Below are positions 17,620-26,956 of a stretch of 44,659 bases of DNA, piece after piece. The DNA comes from a virus (lineage: Duplodnaviria > Caudoviricetes). Below the pieces are notes generated by a model that saw only the letters and a list, made by a program, of their open reading frames with translations, searched no databases and was not told the origin of the DNA. The stretch spans positions 1 to 44,659 of IMG/VR virus record IMGVR_UViG_3300007734_000695; one strand, given 5' to 3'. Numbering within the stretch: the first letter of the stretch is position 1; each line of letters opens with the position of its first letter. The translations under genes and the position numbers were made by a program.

Positions 17620-18476
17620 ATCACACCTTCAAGCGCGGCTTCCATGGTCCGCTTGATCGGCATCTCCAGCCGGTAGCGTTCCATCGCGCTTTCTGCGTGG
17701 AGCTTCCACTTCGATGCGACACTGGCCGCGAACTCGACCCAATCGCCGCCCTTCGGCATCATCGGGACGAGATGGGCGGGTCGCAGAACCTTCTCGGTCC
17801 ATTCATGTGCAACGGCGCAATTCCCGAGGATCGCGCGGCCAATCCGAGACGCCGACGTGTAGGCCCACTCCTCGCCGTACTTGAGCCCGAGGATGACCTT
17901 CGACCGGCGCATCATCGCGTCGCGCACGTCCGCCGTCAGGATCTGGCCCGGGTGAAGCGCGGTAAACCCAGCCCCGGCGAGCGCGTTGATCCGGTCCTGC
18001 CGATGCCCCCCGCATCCCCCGTAGAAGAAGAAGTCGATGTCCCGCTTCTTCTTGCCCTTCATCACCAGGCGCTCGGAAAAGCCGTATTCGAGATACGACG
18101 CCTTGATCCCCATCTTTTCGTACTGATGGATGGACTCAGGGATCAGCGTCCAGATGAACTCGGCCTTGGAGGCCGCGAGCTTGAAGCCCTTCCACCGGGT
18201 CTTCCAGCCGCGGTTGCGGTGTCCGTTCCACCCTCCGCCGTCCGGGATCTCGGTCGCGACAATCGCGTATCTCTTGCCGCTCTCGACAAGCTGCCGCGCC
18301 ACGATGGGATGGAAGGACTCCCACAGGATGTTGATCGCGTCGCCGTCGCCGTTGTCGTGCGAGTACCCAACCGTATGCCCAAGGCTTTCCAGGCCCTCGG
18401 TCAGCCACACGATCTGCTCTTTCAGCGTGTCGGCCGCCATGTCGTGATGGTTCATCGTGGACAGGTGGAACCTCAC
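17616..18476 (-). CDS. Putative GT-B glycosyltransferase (CgeB/YkvP-like)
   Basis: GL.SLGH.V N-terminus; RDIDFFFYG...R...I..L...RDAMMRRSKVIL...SRI; GTGA overlap start. Confidence 0.65.
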   Translation of the reverse strand: MRFHLSTMNHHDMAADTLKEQIVWLTEGLESLGHTVGYSHDNGDGDAINILWESFHPIVARQLVESGKRYAIVATEIPDGGGWNGHRNRGWKTRWKGFKLAASKAEFIWTLIPESIHQYEKMGIKASYLEYGFSERLVMKGKKKRDIDFFFYGGCGGHRQDRINALAGAGFTALHPGQILTADVRDAMMRRSKVILGLKYGEEWAYTSASRIGRAILGNCAVAHEWTEKVLRPAHLVPMMPKGGDWVEFAASVASKWKLHAESAMERYRLEMPIKRTMEAALEGVM

Positions 18477-19546
18477 GGCGGCCCCGGGAAGTTGCCGTCC
18501 TGCACCTGCCACGGGCCGATGAGGGGGTTGTAGACGCGGCGGGAGAGGTTGAGCGTCGGCGCCCCGCCCTGCCGGGTCATGAGCCGGCCGACCGCATCCT
18601 CCCAGGTCTGCCGGTCGTCCGTGTAGGGAAGCCCGTTCGCCCGCTTCCACCGCCAGACCGTGCCCAGCTCCACGATGTTCTGCGGCAGGATCGTGATGTC
18701 TGTGTCAGCCGCAAACTGCGTGTAGCCGTTGGAGAGGAACGTCCACGTCACCCCGCCATCGGAGACCGAGCCGCGCGTGACCTGCGGGGGAACCGATCCG
18801 GACGTGCCTCCGCCGGTCGTGGTGTAGGCCCGGCCGCCGTAGGAGACGATCGAGTTGACCGCATAGACGGTAGAAGCGGCCCACGGCTTTGGCAGGATGG
18901 TGGCGCTCGAAATGTATTCGAAGGTGAGCAGCTGCCCGTTCTCGTCCGTCATCGGGATCGGCCAGATGAAGAACTCGGACGTGCCGTCTCCCATGATCCG
19001 GTAGTGACGACGAGGCGTGAGCGCGACAATGCCCTGCGTCATCCACGCCCAATCCTGCGGCGTGTTGGGACCAATGGCAGCCCAGCGGTTGGTCTGGTCC
19101 CATTCGGTATCGTTGATGATCCGGTCGAAGTCGGTGGGCAGCGCATACGAGCCCTGCCCGAAGGTGATCTCCTGCGCCGTCGCGTCCTGCGTGACCGGGA
19201 GCGAGATGGTGATCGTAAGGCCGCTGATGTCCGTGACCGTCGCCCCGATGGGGACGCCATCGGTCTGTGGGGTCATGCCGATCGCAATACCGGTCGCGGT
19301 ATCGACCGTCATCGAGTAGGCGCCGGACGTGAACGTGGCCGCGTAGGTGCCCGTCGCGGTGGACAGGATCACCTCGTGGAATTTCCTGAGACGGGGCCAC
19401 TCGTATTGAGAGGCGAACTCCCGGCACTCGCGGTTCGCCAATGCGAGAAGCTGCCGCACCTGCTGATCCGTCGAGGAGACGACGGTCGGCGAGCGCGGCA
19501 GCTTGATCTCGTCCTGAACGTTGTTGATCAGCGTCAGGAGCGTCAC
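18473..19546 (-). CDS. Head-tail adaptor (tail tubular A-like) with inserted beta/CBM-like domains
   Basis: MTLLTLI...QLLALANR...W..L...Y.LP.DFDR...G..WRWKRANGL.Y. Confidence 0.8.
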   Translation of the reverse strand: MTLLTLINNVQDEIKLPRSPTVVSSTDQQVRQLLALANRECREFASQYEWPRLRKFHEVILSTATGTYAATFTSGAYSMTVDTATGIAIGMTPQTDGVPIGATVTDISGLTITISLPVTQDATAQEITFGQGSYALPTDFDRIINDTEWDQTNRWAAIGPNTPQDWAWMTQGIVALTPRRHYRIMGDGTSEFFIWPIPMTDENGQLLTFEYISSATILPKPWAASTVYAVNSIVSYGGRAYTTTGGGTSGSVPPQVTRGSVSDGGVTWTFLSNGYTQFAADTDITILPQNIVELGTVWRWKRANGLPYTDDRQTWEDAVGRLMTRQGGAPTLNLSRRVYNPLIGPWQVQDGNFPGPP

Positions 19547-19560
19547 GGCCTAGGGCCTTC

Positions 19561-19947
19561 TTAGGTGCCCATCGGGAAGACGATCCACGCGGTTCCCGAG
19601 ACCTGCGCGAACAGGGCGCCCTCTGCGGAAACAACGGTGACGCCCGTGGACCCGGCCGTTCCGCTGATCGTGTCGGACCCCGACGCATAGACCTTGAGGT
19701 CGTTCGCGCCGTCGTTCTTCACGAGCCAGAACTGCTGGTACTGCGGGTTCCCCGCGGACGTGATAGCCGGCAGAACCGCGCCCGTGCCGGAGGCCACCGT
19801 GCCGAAGACCGACAGCGATGCCGTGAGAGCATAGGCATCGGTGCGGGTGGTGCCCGTCGCCGTCAGCGCCGTCGCCACGTCGTAGCCGAGAAGCTGCTGG
19901 AGAAGGACCGGGAGCCCCGCCCCGCCCAAAGCCTGGATGGTTGCCAT
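19561..19947 (-). CDS. Virion structural protein
   Basis: LTATGTT..DA..L...TVASGTGAVLP...VKNDGAN.LKVY motif. Confidence 0.7.
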   Translation of the reverse strand: MATIQALGGAGLPVLLQQLLGYDVATALTATGTTRTDAYALTASLSVFGTVASGTGAVLPAITSAGNPQYQQFWLVKNDGANDLKVYASGSDTISGTAGSTGVTVVSAEGALFAQVSGTAWIVFPMGT

Positions 19948-19959
19948 TGCCTTGGCTCC

Positions 19960-20739
19960 TTACTGCTTCGGCGGACGGCCGGGGCCGCGCCGCGTCGGGA
20001 TCTGAGCGGGGATGTCGGCGAGCGGAGTCGCGCCGGAGGCCATCGCCGCCGCGCTCATCTCGTCCACCGGAGGGACATACGGAGCCCGCTCGGCCTGCGC
20101 CTCGACCGCGCCCGCCATGATCTTGCCCGACCGGGTGATCAGTTCGAGCTGGCGCTGCATGTCCTCCATCTTGGCGGTCATCTCCGCCATGGCCTGACGT
20201 GCCGCTTCCGCCTCTGCCGCGTGACGCATCGAGGCGGCGGAGTTCTCCCGGGTCTCCAGGAAGGCTCGCGCCTTGGCCTGGAGCTTGCGCGCATCCATGC
20301 CCAGCCGTTCGAGCGCCGCGTCGTTGGCGTGCGCCAGCATCTCGACCGTATGGATGTGGATCGCCCGCAAGGTGGCGCGGAGCGAGATGGTGCAGGGCGG
20401 CCACTCCTCAAGGGCGGTGCCGTCCGGCATCTGGTCCTTGCCGGCCTCGAAAGCCGCCCACTCCTTCGGGAAGCCGTCGATCCACTCCTGGCCGACGATC
20501 GTGCCGTCAGCCAGGCGCACCCGGCGCTGGGGGATCGAAAGCGGATCGCCCGGCATCAGGACCTGGACGTGGATCTCCTCCTGGAAGATGTCCGAGCCTG
20601 CCTTGTCGGACTTCAGGAGGTTCTTCACGGCGACGCGGCTGAAGCGGGCGAAGGCCCCCTTGTTGCCGGCGGCGACGCCCGGAACACCGGGCGCCCCGAA
20701 GATGTAGGAGTCCGCATTTGGAGCGCGGAACATGGTCAT
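19960..20739 (-). CDS. Conserved head-module protein
   Basis: N..KS...G..IF...FP.EWAAF......DGT.LEEWP...I.TVE.LA; basic RRGPGRPPK tail. Confidence 0.72.
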   Translation of the reverse strand: MTMFRAPNADSYIFGAPGVPGVAAGNKGAFARFSRVAVKNLLKSDKAGSDIFQEEIHVQVLMPGDPLSIPQRRVRLADGTIVGQEWIDGFPKEWAAFEAGKDQMPDGTALEEWPPCTISLRATLRAIHIHTVEMLAHANDAALERLGMDARKLQAKARAFLETRENSAASMRHAAEAEAARQAMAEMTAKMEDMQRQLELITRSGKIMAGAVEAQAERAPYVPPVDEMSAAAMASGATPLADIPAQIPTRRGPGRPPKQ

Positions 20740-20751
20740 GTGCCGATCTCC

Positions 20752-21267
20752 TTAAAACGCCGCGGACTGCGGGTTGTTGAAGACCGCCGCACGGGAGGCC
20801 GTCGCACCCGACGTATTCCCCGCGGTGAAGAAGATGCCGCGCACGAGCGATTGGCCGGCCGAAGACGTGCCGAGCGCGCCGGACGAAGCGGTCGTGTAGA
20901 CCGGGGAGACCGACGACGTGGAGCCGGTGATGCAGTTCACCGAGCCCGCACCCGTGACCTGTGCCCAGAAGTAGTAGCCGGACGTGATCGAGGACACGCC
21001 GGTATTCATGGGCGGCACGAAGCCGACCTGATACCCCTTGTCCACGAGCGTCTTGGTCACCTTCGCTGCGGTGTAGCTCGGCGTGATCACGATCGCATCC
21101 GCCAGGGCCAGCGCTTCCGCTGCCTGGACGAACACGAACCTCTGGCCGGAGGCGCCGCTCGCCTGGGTCCCCAGGTCGTAGGCGCCGCCGGACGTGAGGT
21201 CGACCATCACGTCGTTGAGAACCGGCCCGATCTGTGCCGGGCCGAGGGGCTGATTGGTCGAAGACAT
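20752..21267 (-). CDS. Capsid decoration/cement protein
   Basis: Directly after MCP; LGT......G..FVFVQA...YFWAQ..G. Confidence 0.7.
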   Translation of the reverse strand: MSSTNQPLGPAQIGPVLNDVMVDLTSGGAYDLGTQASGASGQRFVFVQAAEALALADAIVITPSYTAAKVTKTLVDKGYQVGFVPPMNTGVSSITSGYYFWAQVTGAGSVNCITGSTSSVSPVYTTASSGALGTSSAGQSLVRGIFFTAGNTSGATASRAAVFNNPQSAAF

Positions 21268-21282
21268 GTGCGTGTCCCTCCT

Positions 21283-22257
21283 TTAGGCCACGATGACGGC
21301 CTGGAGCTGACGGTTGCGCGCGGTCATGTTGCCGGCCCAACCGATCAGAACCACGAAGGCGTCCTGGTTGACGGAGAAGCGCTTGGGGTCGAGCGGGACC
21401 ATCTCGCGCTTGCGATGCGGGCGGTAGAGGATGTACTTCGTCTGGAGGAAGTACATGTGCGAAGCCGGAGCGTCGCCGCCGTAGCCGCCGTCGCACACCA
21501 CGTCGGCGTTGAAGAACTTCAGATTAAAGAACCCGGCGTTCTTCAGGCCCTCGTTGGTGAAGCGCTGATGAGCCTGAAGGCTCTCCAGGTAGTAGCGGAA
21601 GTAGATGTTGTCCGCGACGATCAGGTCCGTCTCGTCCCGGTTGCGCTTGGTCGCGAGCCACATCCGGTTCATCGCCGTCTGGATGGTCGCGGACGAGGGC
21701 ACCAGCGAGTTGGTGGCGAACGAGAAGGTCTGGTTCTGCCAGAACGTCCAGGTGCCGGAGTCGATGCCGCCCACGGTGCCGGTGCCGGCATCGGAGACGA
21801 GCAGCTGGAGGCCGCCGATCTGGAGGCCGCCGTCCGCCGTGCCCGCCGAGTAGATGTCGTTCGACAGGTTGTTGAGGAACGACCCTTCGGCGTTCTCGAT
21901 CCGGGATTCGAGGAGGTTGATGATCTCCTCTTCGCCGGAGTTCTGCAGCTCTTCCAGCCCGGACATGCTGACCGAGATGGCCGCCTGCTTGATGTTGTAC
22001 TGAGCGGCGGTGATCACGCTCTGCGGCGTGATGTCCAGCTGCTCATAGCCGGCATAGCGCTTGTAGGTGCCGTTCTCGGCGTAGAACAGCTCCTCCAGGA
22101 TCACGCGACCGCCGTCGATCGGCTTCTTGTTGCCGCGCTCCTTCAGGCGATAGAGGAGGGCCGTGTTGGTGGTGTAGTTGTCCGCGAGGACGCCCGATCG
22201 GTTTTCGATCGTGGTTGCGGCGATCTCCGCGTAGTTGGTATTCGGCGACGTTGCCAT
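21283..22257 (-). CDS. Major capsid protein
   Basis: IAATTIENRSG.LADN....ALL.RLK..G....DGG..I...Y.GYE.L..., NQDA.V..IGWAGN.T; follows scaffold. Confidence 0.92.
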   Translation of the reverse strand: MATSPNTNYAEIAATTIENRSGVLADNYTTNTALLYRLKERGNKKPIDGGRVILEELFYAENGTYKRYAGYEQLDITPQSVITAAQYNIKQAAISVSMSGLEELQNSGEEEIINLLESRIENAEGSFLNNLSNDIYSAGTADGGLQIGGLQLLVSDAGTGTVGGIDSGTWTFWQNQTFSFATNSLVPSSATIQTAMNRMWLATKRNRDETDLIVADNIYFRYYLESLQAHQRFTNEGLKNAGFFNLKFFNADVVCDGGYGGDAPASHMYFLQTKYILYRPHRKREMVPLDPKRFSVNQDAFVVLIGWAGNMTARNRQLQAVIVA

Positions 22258-22287
22258 GACTCAGGTCTCCGGGAACGGAGGTTGGAC

Positions 22288-23502
22288 CTAAGCCGCACGT
22301 CCCTTCAGCTGATCGCGCACCCGTCGCAGCTCCGCGCCAACGCTCTTCAGCGGGACCGAGCCCGCGTTCGGAGCCGTGCTTCCACCGATGGACGTGCCCG
22401 CCAGCTTGGCCGCCTCGACGGCCTTCGCGCGCTTGGCATTGTCCTCGGCCACCCGCTTCGCCTCGGCCATCTGCTGGACGGCCGAACGTGTCTCGGGATG
22501 GGCATAGACCGCCCGGTCGTAGGCCGCCTCCAGGCGTTCGGTCGGCGATGCCGTGGGCATCTCCTGCTGAACGATGGGGAGAAGGGCCAGGATCTGCGGC
22601 TCCAGGCGCTCGAAGTACGGGCGCTTGAGAGTGCCGTCCTGTTCCGTCTCTCCGGCCCATCTGTCGATGGTCTGGAGCATGGCCGTCTGAGCCTCGGTTT
22701 CCCGGGCCTGGGCGGTTCCTTGGAAGCGATTGCCCAACTCGGTGATCACGCGGTTCTGGCGCGCGATCTGGTCCTGAAGGGCCTTGACGTTCGGATCGAC
22801 GGGCGCCGTCTGCTGAGAGCCGGCGGCCAGTGAGGCAGGATCGATGCCGTTCTGCTTCAAGAACCAATGGGCGAATCCGAGCGGGTTCTCGTTCGCGGCG
22901 TCGTTGAGCGCGAGGAGCCGGCCGATATAGGCCGCTGGTCCTCCACCCATCGCCATCTCACGAGCCCTCGGCTGGATGACCTGGCCCAAGGCGTCGAAGT
23001 TCTTCAGCTGAACCTGCAGTTTATTGCGTTCCTGGTGGAGAGCCCGGTCGCGGTCCTTCTCGCGCTTCTCGACAACCTCTTGCAGGTTGCGAGGGAGCGC
23101 CTTCCAGACCTCGGCGTTCTCTTTCCCCCAACCGCTCGGCATGAGGATGGGCGGCGCCGATGCGCTCGCGTCCTCCGGCTTTGCGGCAGGATCGGGGGAT
23201 TTTGCCGGAAGTGCCGCCGGGGCCTGCTGTGCAGGGTCGGTCGGGCCTTTCGGCGCGAATTTTCCGTCAGACGCACGGACGGGGCCTTTGCCCGCGTTTC
23301 CGGTGTCCTGGCCGGTGGGAATTTCGGTGCCGCCAAGCGTCGACGGCGTGACTTGATCGGTGCCAGAGGGCGCCGCTGCGGGGGCTGGAGCGGAAGAGGG
23401 GCCGCTGGCGCTCCCGGCAGAATCCGCGGGTGAGCCGCCTGAGCCCGCGCTCGTCATGGCGCTCGAAATGGCATCGCGGATCGACGGACCACCCTCTGGC
23501 AT
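22288..23502 (-). CDS. Scaffolding protein
   Basis: Disordered N-terminus, RASDGKFAPK, P..W.......W..LP, coiled coil, L..AYDRAVYA.P. Confidence 0.82.
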   Translation of the reverse strand: MPEGGPSIRDAISSAMTSAGSGGSPADSAGSASGPSSAPAPAAAPSGTDQVTPSTLGGTEIPTGQDTGNAGKGPVRASDGKFAPKGPTDPAQQAPAALPAKSPDPAAKPEDASASAPPILMPSGWGKENAEVWKALPRNLQEVVEKREKDRDRALHQERNKLQVQLKNFDALGQVIQPRAREMAMGGGPAAYIGRLLALNDAANENPLGFAHWFLKQNGIDPASLAAGSQQTAPVDPNVKALQDQIARQNRVITELGNRFQGTAQARETEAQTAMLQTIDRWAGETEQDGTLKRPYFERLEPQILALLPIVQQEMPTASPTERLEAAYDRAVYAHPETRSAVQQMAEAKRVAEDNAKRAKAVEAAKLAGTSIGGSTAPNAGSVPLKSVGAELRRVRDQLKGRAA

Positions 23503-23503
23503 C

Positions 23504-23884
23504 TCAGCCCCGGATCACTTTGGTTTCGGAGGGGTTGAAATCGCCACGCTCGGCCCTGTGGCCGGAGCGGACCATCTCGATTGCCTTCTTGATGTCGTGG
23601 CCGGCGCGAGGACGCGGCGCCCGGATCGGCGCGTGCATCTTCTCGGTGCCTAGTTCGACCACGTTGTGACGCCTCATGTGGTCCCTGTGTTCCGACCGGC
23701 TGCGGATAACCGTTCGGTCGATGGGAGATTGGTACGTCTCGATGTCGCTGATAACACTAATTCCACGTCTTGTAAATGTGGAATTAGGAGAAATGAAGGG
23801 CTTGGCCTTGATCGGGTCGCCGAAGCTCTCGGTCAGGACGGCTTTTCCGGTCGCGCGGTCGAAGCGCCAGGACTCGCGGGCCAT
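23504..23884 (-). CDS. Conserved head-module hypothetical protein
   Basis: SDI..YQSPID...I.SRS.HRDHM.RHNVVELG.E motif. Confidence 0.75.
   Translation of the reverse strand: MARESWRFDRATGKAVLTESFGDPIKAKPFISPNSTFTRRGISVISDIETYQSPIDRTVIRSRSEHRDHMRRHNVVELGTEKMHAPIRAPRPRAGHDIKKAIEMVRSGHRAERGDFNPSETKVIRG
23757..23787. promoter_or_regulatory. Palindrome CTAATTCCAC-N11-GTGGAATTAG
   Basis: Perfect 10-bp arms in an AT-rich patch ~255 bp upstream of the scaffold gene. Confidence 0.6.
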
Positions 23885-24390
23885 CAGTGCCTCGTCTGCG
23901 CCTGAAGGGCGCCAATTGCTTGGATCTGCTGCATGTCTTTGTGCTTGGCGAAGATTTCAAGCGTCCGCTGGTGGGCGACGAGGGGGACGGGCTTGTCCTC
24001 CAATGCCGCGCGGAGATCCGCCCTTAGCGCAATCGTCAGCTCGATCCCGTAGGAGAGCGCCGCGGCGCCGATGGCTTCCAGCAGTTCCTCGATGGTTGTG
24101 ACCGGCCAGAAGCTCGGAGCGGCGTCGATCAGCGCCAGCGTCCGCTCGCTCTTCTCCTCCCACGTCAAGGCGTCATTGCGGGCGATGGCGGCAACCTTGT
24201 TATGAAGAGCGCGCGTCCATGATTTGCGCTGCGAAAAGGCGATATCCTCGGCCTCGCGGACGAAGGCCCGGCGGCGCTGCCTCGGCGTGCGCGTATCGGC
24301 TACTTCTTCTTGCATCCGCACCTCCGCCATTCGTTCCGGCCGTTGTTGAGCACGGGGCCGAATGTCACTTCCTTCCCGCAGGTTTTGCAC
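23884..24390 (-). CDS. Hypothetical protein (start uncertain)
   Basis: TGATG coupling to the next gene. Confidence 0.55.
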   Translation of the reverse strand: MQNLREGSDIRPRAQQRPERMAEVRMQEEVADTRTPRQRRRAFVREAEDIAFSQRKSWTRALHNKVAAIARNDALTWEEKSERTLALIDAAPSFWPVTTIEELLEAIGAAALSYGIELTIALRADLRAALEDKPVPLVAHQRTLEIFAKHKDMQQIQAIGALQAQTRH

Positions 24391-24400
24391 ACTAGGCCGC

Positions 24401-24562
24401 TCATCCCTTCCCTCTCAGCTTCTTCGCGATCTTCTCGCGCGTATGGCGGGTTGCGCCGAGCTTGGTCCACTCCGCCATGGTCTTTATCTGCCCGACGCGC
24501 TCCATGACCGTCATCTCGCGGACGAGGCGGCCGAGCTTGCGGGTTTCGGGGGTGGATTTCAT
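24401..24562 (-). CDS. 53-aa basic protein
   Basis: MKSTPETRKLG...REKIAKKLRGKG; ATGA overlap. Confidence 0.55.
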   Translation of the reverse strand: MKSTPETRKLGRLVREMTVMERVGQIKTMAEWTKLGATRHTREKIAKKLRGKG

Positions 24563-24753
24563 TCCTTCCCCCTGAGCTTCTTCGCCATCGCCTCCCGGTG
24601 CGACCGCTTCGGCAGGTTCTTCTCCCCCTGCTTCTGGTCCTCGGCCATCCACTCCTTGGCTTGGGCGTGCGAGATGCCGTGCTCTGCCGCGACTTTCGGG
24701 TCATGCGCGGCCAGACGGAAGAACGCGGCCTGATCTTTACTGACGGACGGCAC
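24559..24753 (-). CDS. Small conserved phage protein (PS.S..Q......AAH.P..A...GI family)
   Basis: Motif typical of small head-module proteins; GTG start. Confidence 0.65.
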   Translation of the reverse strand: MPSVSKDQAAFFRLAAHDPKVAAEHGISHAQAKEWMAEDQKQGEKNLPKRSHREAMAKKLRGKE

Positions 24754-26956
24754 CGTTCGCACTCATCCCTCCGGGCACGCCGACCACCGGCTTGACCAGC
24801 GCATCCATGGTCGAGAGCGCCATGTCATGCGCGGCCACCGCGTCGTCCCGGGCCTCCTTCGACTTGTCGAGCTCCTGCGTGCCGAGCGTGTTCACCGTGT
24901 CGAGCTGGATGCGGTGCTGGCGCTCCTGGATCTGCGAGCCGATGTTGGCGATGTCCGCCTTCGTCTTCTCGGCCGCCGCGGTTGCCTTGATCGTCTCCGG
25001 GTCCGGCGGCTTCGGCTGGGATGCAGCCTTCTGAAGCTCGTCAAGCGCCTTGTTCAGCGCCGACTCGACCGAGCGGCCGGCCCGGAACTTCCGCGCCACC
25101 ATCTTCAGGGTCTCGATGGCCCACGGCATCATCTGCGGAGCGGCTTTCACAAGCTCCATCAGCTGCGGCATGACGTTGCCGAGCGCCGTTAGGTACTCGG
25201 TGATGCCCTTCCGCTCGGCTTCCTCATCGAGCGCAATCGTGGAATCCGTCTCGATGTCGATCCGCCACGCCCTAAGCTTGTTGTCCCTGAGAAGCTGGAC
25301 GGCCGGATCGAACAGCGCGGCCTCATCCGGGTCGTTTGCCGTCATCAGGTCGAAGCTCGACATCAGCATCAGCGTGTTCGGCTGAAGGTGCAGCGACATG
25401 ACCTCGGCATCGAGGCGGATCAGGTCGCGGGCAAACCGCTGGACGTCCTGCTGGGAGCGCGACAGTCGGAGGGTCGCGAACTTGCCCTTCAGCGCCTGGG
25501 CCGTCGCCGTCTCCTCGGCCCGTCCCTCGCCCCGGATGATGTCCGACATGCCCGAGATTTCGTACAGGTCGCGCTTGATCACCTCGCGCTGGGCGACGAG
25601 AGCCGTCAGCGTGGACGCCACGATGTCGATCGGGAACCAGTCGACCGCACCCTTGAGCCCGCCCTTCTCGGCGAACATCGCCCAATTGTCGACCGCGATC
25701 AGCGCGTTCTCGGGCTTGCCGGTCAGCAGGTTCTGAATGCCGGAATTGCCCTTGTCGTACACGCCCCGGACGGCCAGCGCATCGGTCAGGAGCGAGATGC
25801 GGTCGGTCAGCTCGTCCAGCTGGGCCGCCTGGTCCTGGTACTCGTAGTAGTCCGGGATCGGCTCCAGGCTGTCCGTGCTCATCGTCCCCCACAGAGGACG
25901 GGGGCACGGGAAGAAGTTGGAGAGCTTCAGCGGGTCCGGCAGGCGGTCGAGCGCCTGGTCGCCATAGTCCTTGGCAATCCAGATGGCCTCGCGCTTGTGC
26001 TTGTCCCAAATCTCCCAGATTTCCGCCTTCTTGTACGGATCGCTCTGGGTGCCTTGGTCGACGCGGGAATTGTCCTTCGCCGCGTCGTAGTTGTAGGGGA
26101 TCTTGCCGGCGATGGGCTCCGTCCGGCGCATCCGCGCCATCACGTCGGGCTTGTCGAACCGGGCCGCAACCTCGTCCTTGGTCCAATGAACCCGGCGCCC
26201 GACCCACCAGACCTCTGACCACCTCCTTCCCGGAGTATGTCGGAAATCCGACCAATGGACGTAGTCGTTGACCACCTCGTCGAACGCCACCTCCTCATAG
26301 GAGGGCGGCGCATACAGGTACTCGTTGTCGTCTGAGACCATGACCGAGTCGGAGCCGACGATTGTCCCGTCCGGGAGGCGAAACTGGCCCGGCGTCTCGG
26401 TCGGCTGGTCCTCGGTGAGCGGCGGCCCGCCGTTGTGGTTGGCCGGCGGCAGAGGCTGCCCATCCGCGCCGAGCGCCTGCGCCACCAGGGGGTCCGGCTG
26501 CACCATCTTGAAGCTCGGCACATATCGGACCCATGCCGTGCCGCGGGAGACCAGGAGCCGGTCCTGGACCACCCCCTCCATCACCTGGTTGAACGGGTCG
26601 TCTTCCAGGATCGACTTCAGCGACCGCTCAAGGATCATCGAGGCGACGCGGCCGACAGGATCTCCGTCCCCGTGCTCGCGCTCGACCACGGCCTCGGGCT
26701 TCCGGCTGTAGTGGGCAGGCATGGAAACCTGCATGTTCGCCCACAGCACGTTGAACTTCTTCGGCGCCGGGATGGCCTGGGATTCACGGTCGTCCCGATA
26801 CCGGCGGTCGATCTTCTTGGCCCGGTCCTCGAACCGGCTCTGGGATCGCCCGGCGAAGTCGATTTCGGTCGTCCACTTGCGGACGAAAGCCCGGGGATCG
26901 TCGGCGGCGCCGAAGTCCTTGTCAGTCTCGACCGGCGTTCCCGGCTGGGAGGTCAT
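24737..26956 (-). CDS. Portal protein (P22-like)
   Basis: FNVLWAN...P..YSR.P...RGTAWVRY...EIW.K...FFPCP.PL...YEISG.SDIIRG...IETDST. Confidence 0.9.
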   Translation of the reverse strand: MTSQPGTPVETDKDFGAADDPRAFVRKWTTEIDFAGRSQSRFEDRAKKIDRRYRDDRESQAIPAPKKFNVLWANMQVSMPAHYSRKPEAVVEREHGDGDPVGRVASMILERSLKSILEDDPFNQVMEGVVQDRLLVSRGTAWVRYVPSFKMVQPDPLVAQALGADGQPLPPANHNGGPPLTEDQPTETPGQFRLPDGTIVGSDSVMVSDDNEYLYAPPSYEEVAFDEVVNDYVHWSDFRHTPGRRWSEVWWVGRRVHWTKDEVAARFDKPDVMARMRRTEPIAGKIPYNYDAAKDNSRVDQGTQSDPYKKAEIWEIWDKHKREAIWIAKDYGDQALDRLPDPLKLSNFFPCPRPLWGTMSTDSLEPIPDYYEYQDQAAQLDELTDRISLLTDALAVRGVYDKGNSGIQNLLTGKPENALIAVDNWAMFAEKGGLKGAVDWFPIDIVASTLTALVAQREVIKRDLYEISGMSDIIRGEGRAEETATAQALKGKFATLRLSRSQQDVQRFARDLIRLDAEVMSLHLQPNTLMLMSSFDLMTANDPDEAALFDPAVQLLRDNKLRAWRIDIETDSTIALDEEAERKGITEYLTALGNVMPQLMELVKAAPQMMPWAIETLKMVARKFRAGRSVESALNKALDELQKAASQPKPPDPETIKATAAAEKTKADIANIGSQIQERQHRIQLDTVNTLGTQELDKSKEARDDAVAAHDMALSTMDALVKPVVGVPGGMSANGAVRQ

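Noticed and set aside
21565-21572. Hammerhead ribozyme core CTGATGAG
   Set aside because: Antisense within the capsid gene, with no matching GAAA core and stems seen
20221-22833. 870-aa plus-strand ORF and similar long antisense ORFs (e.g. 12114..13298, 36273..37373, 41590..42717)
   Set aside because: Shadow frames opposite well-supported genes, expected from high-GC codon bias; no recognisable motifs
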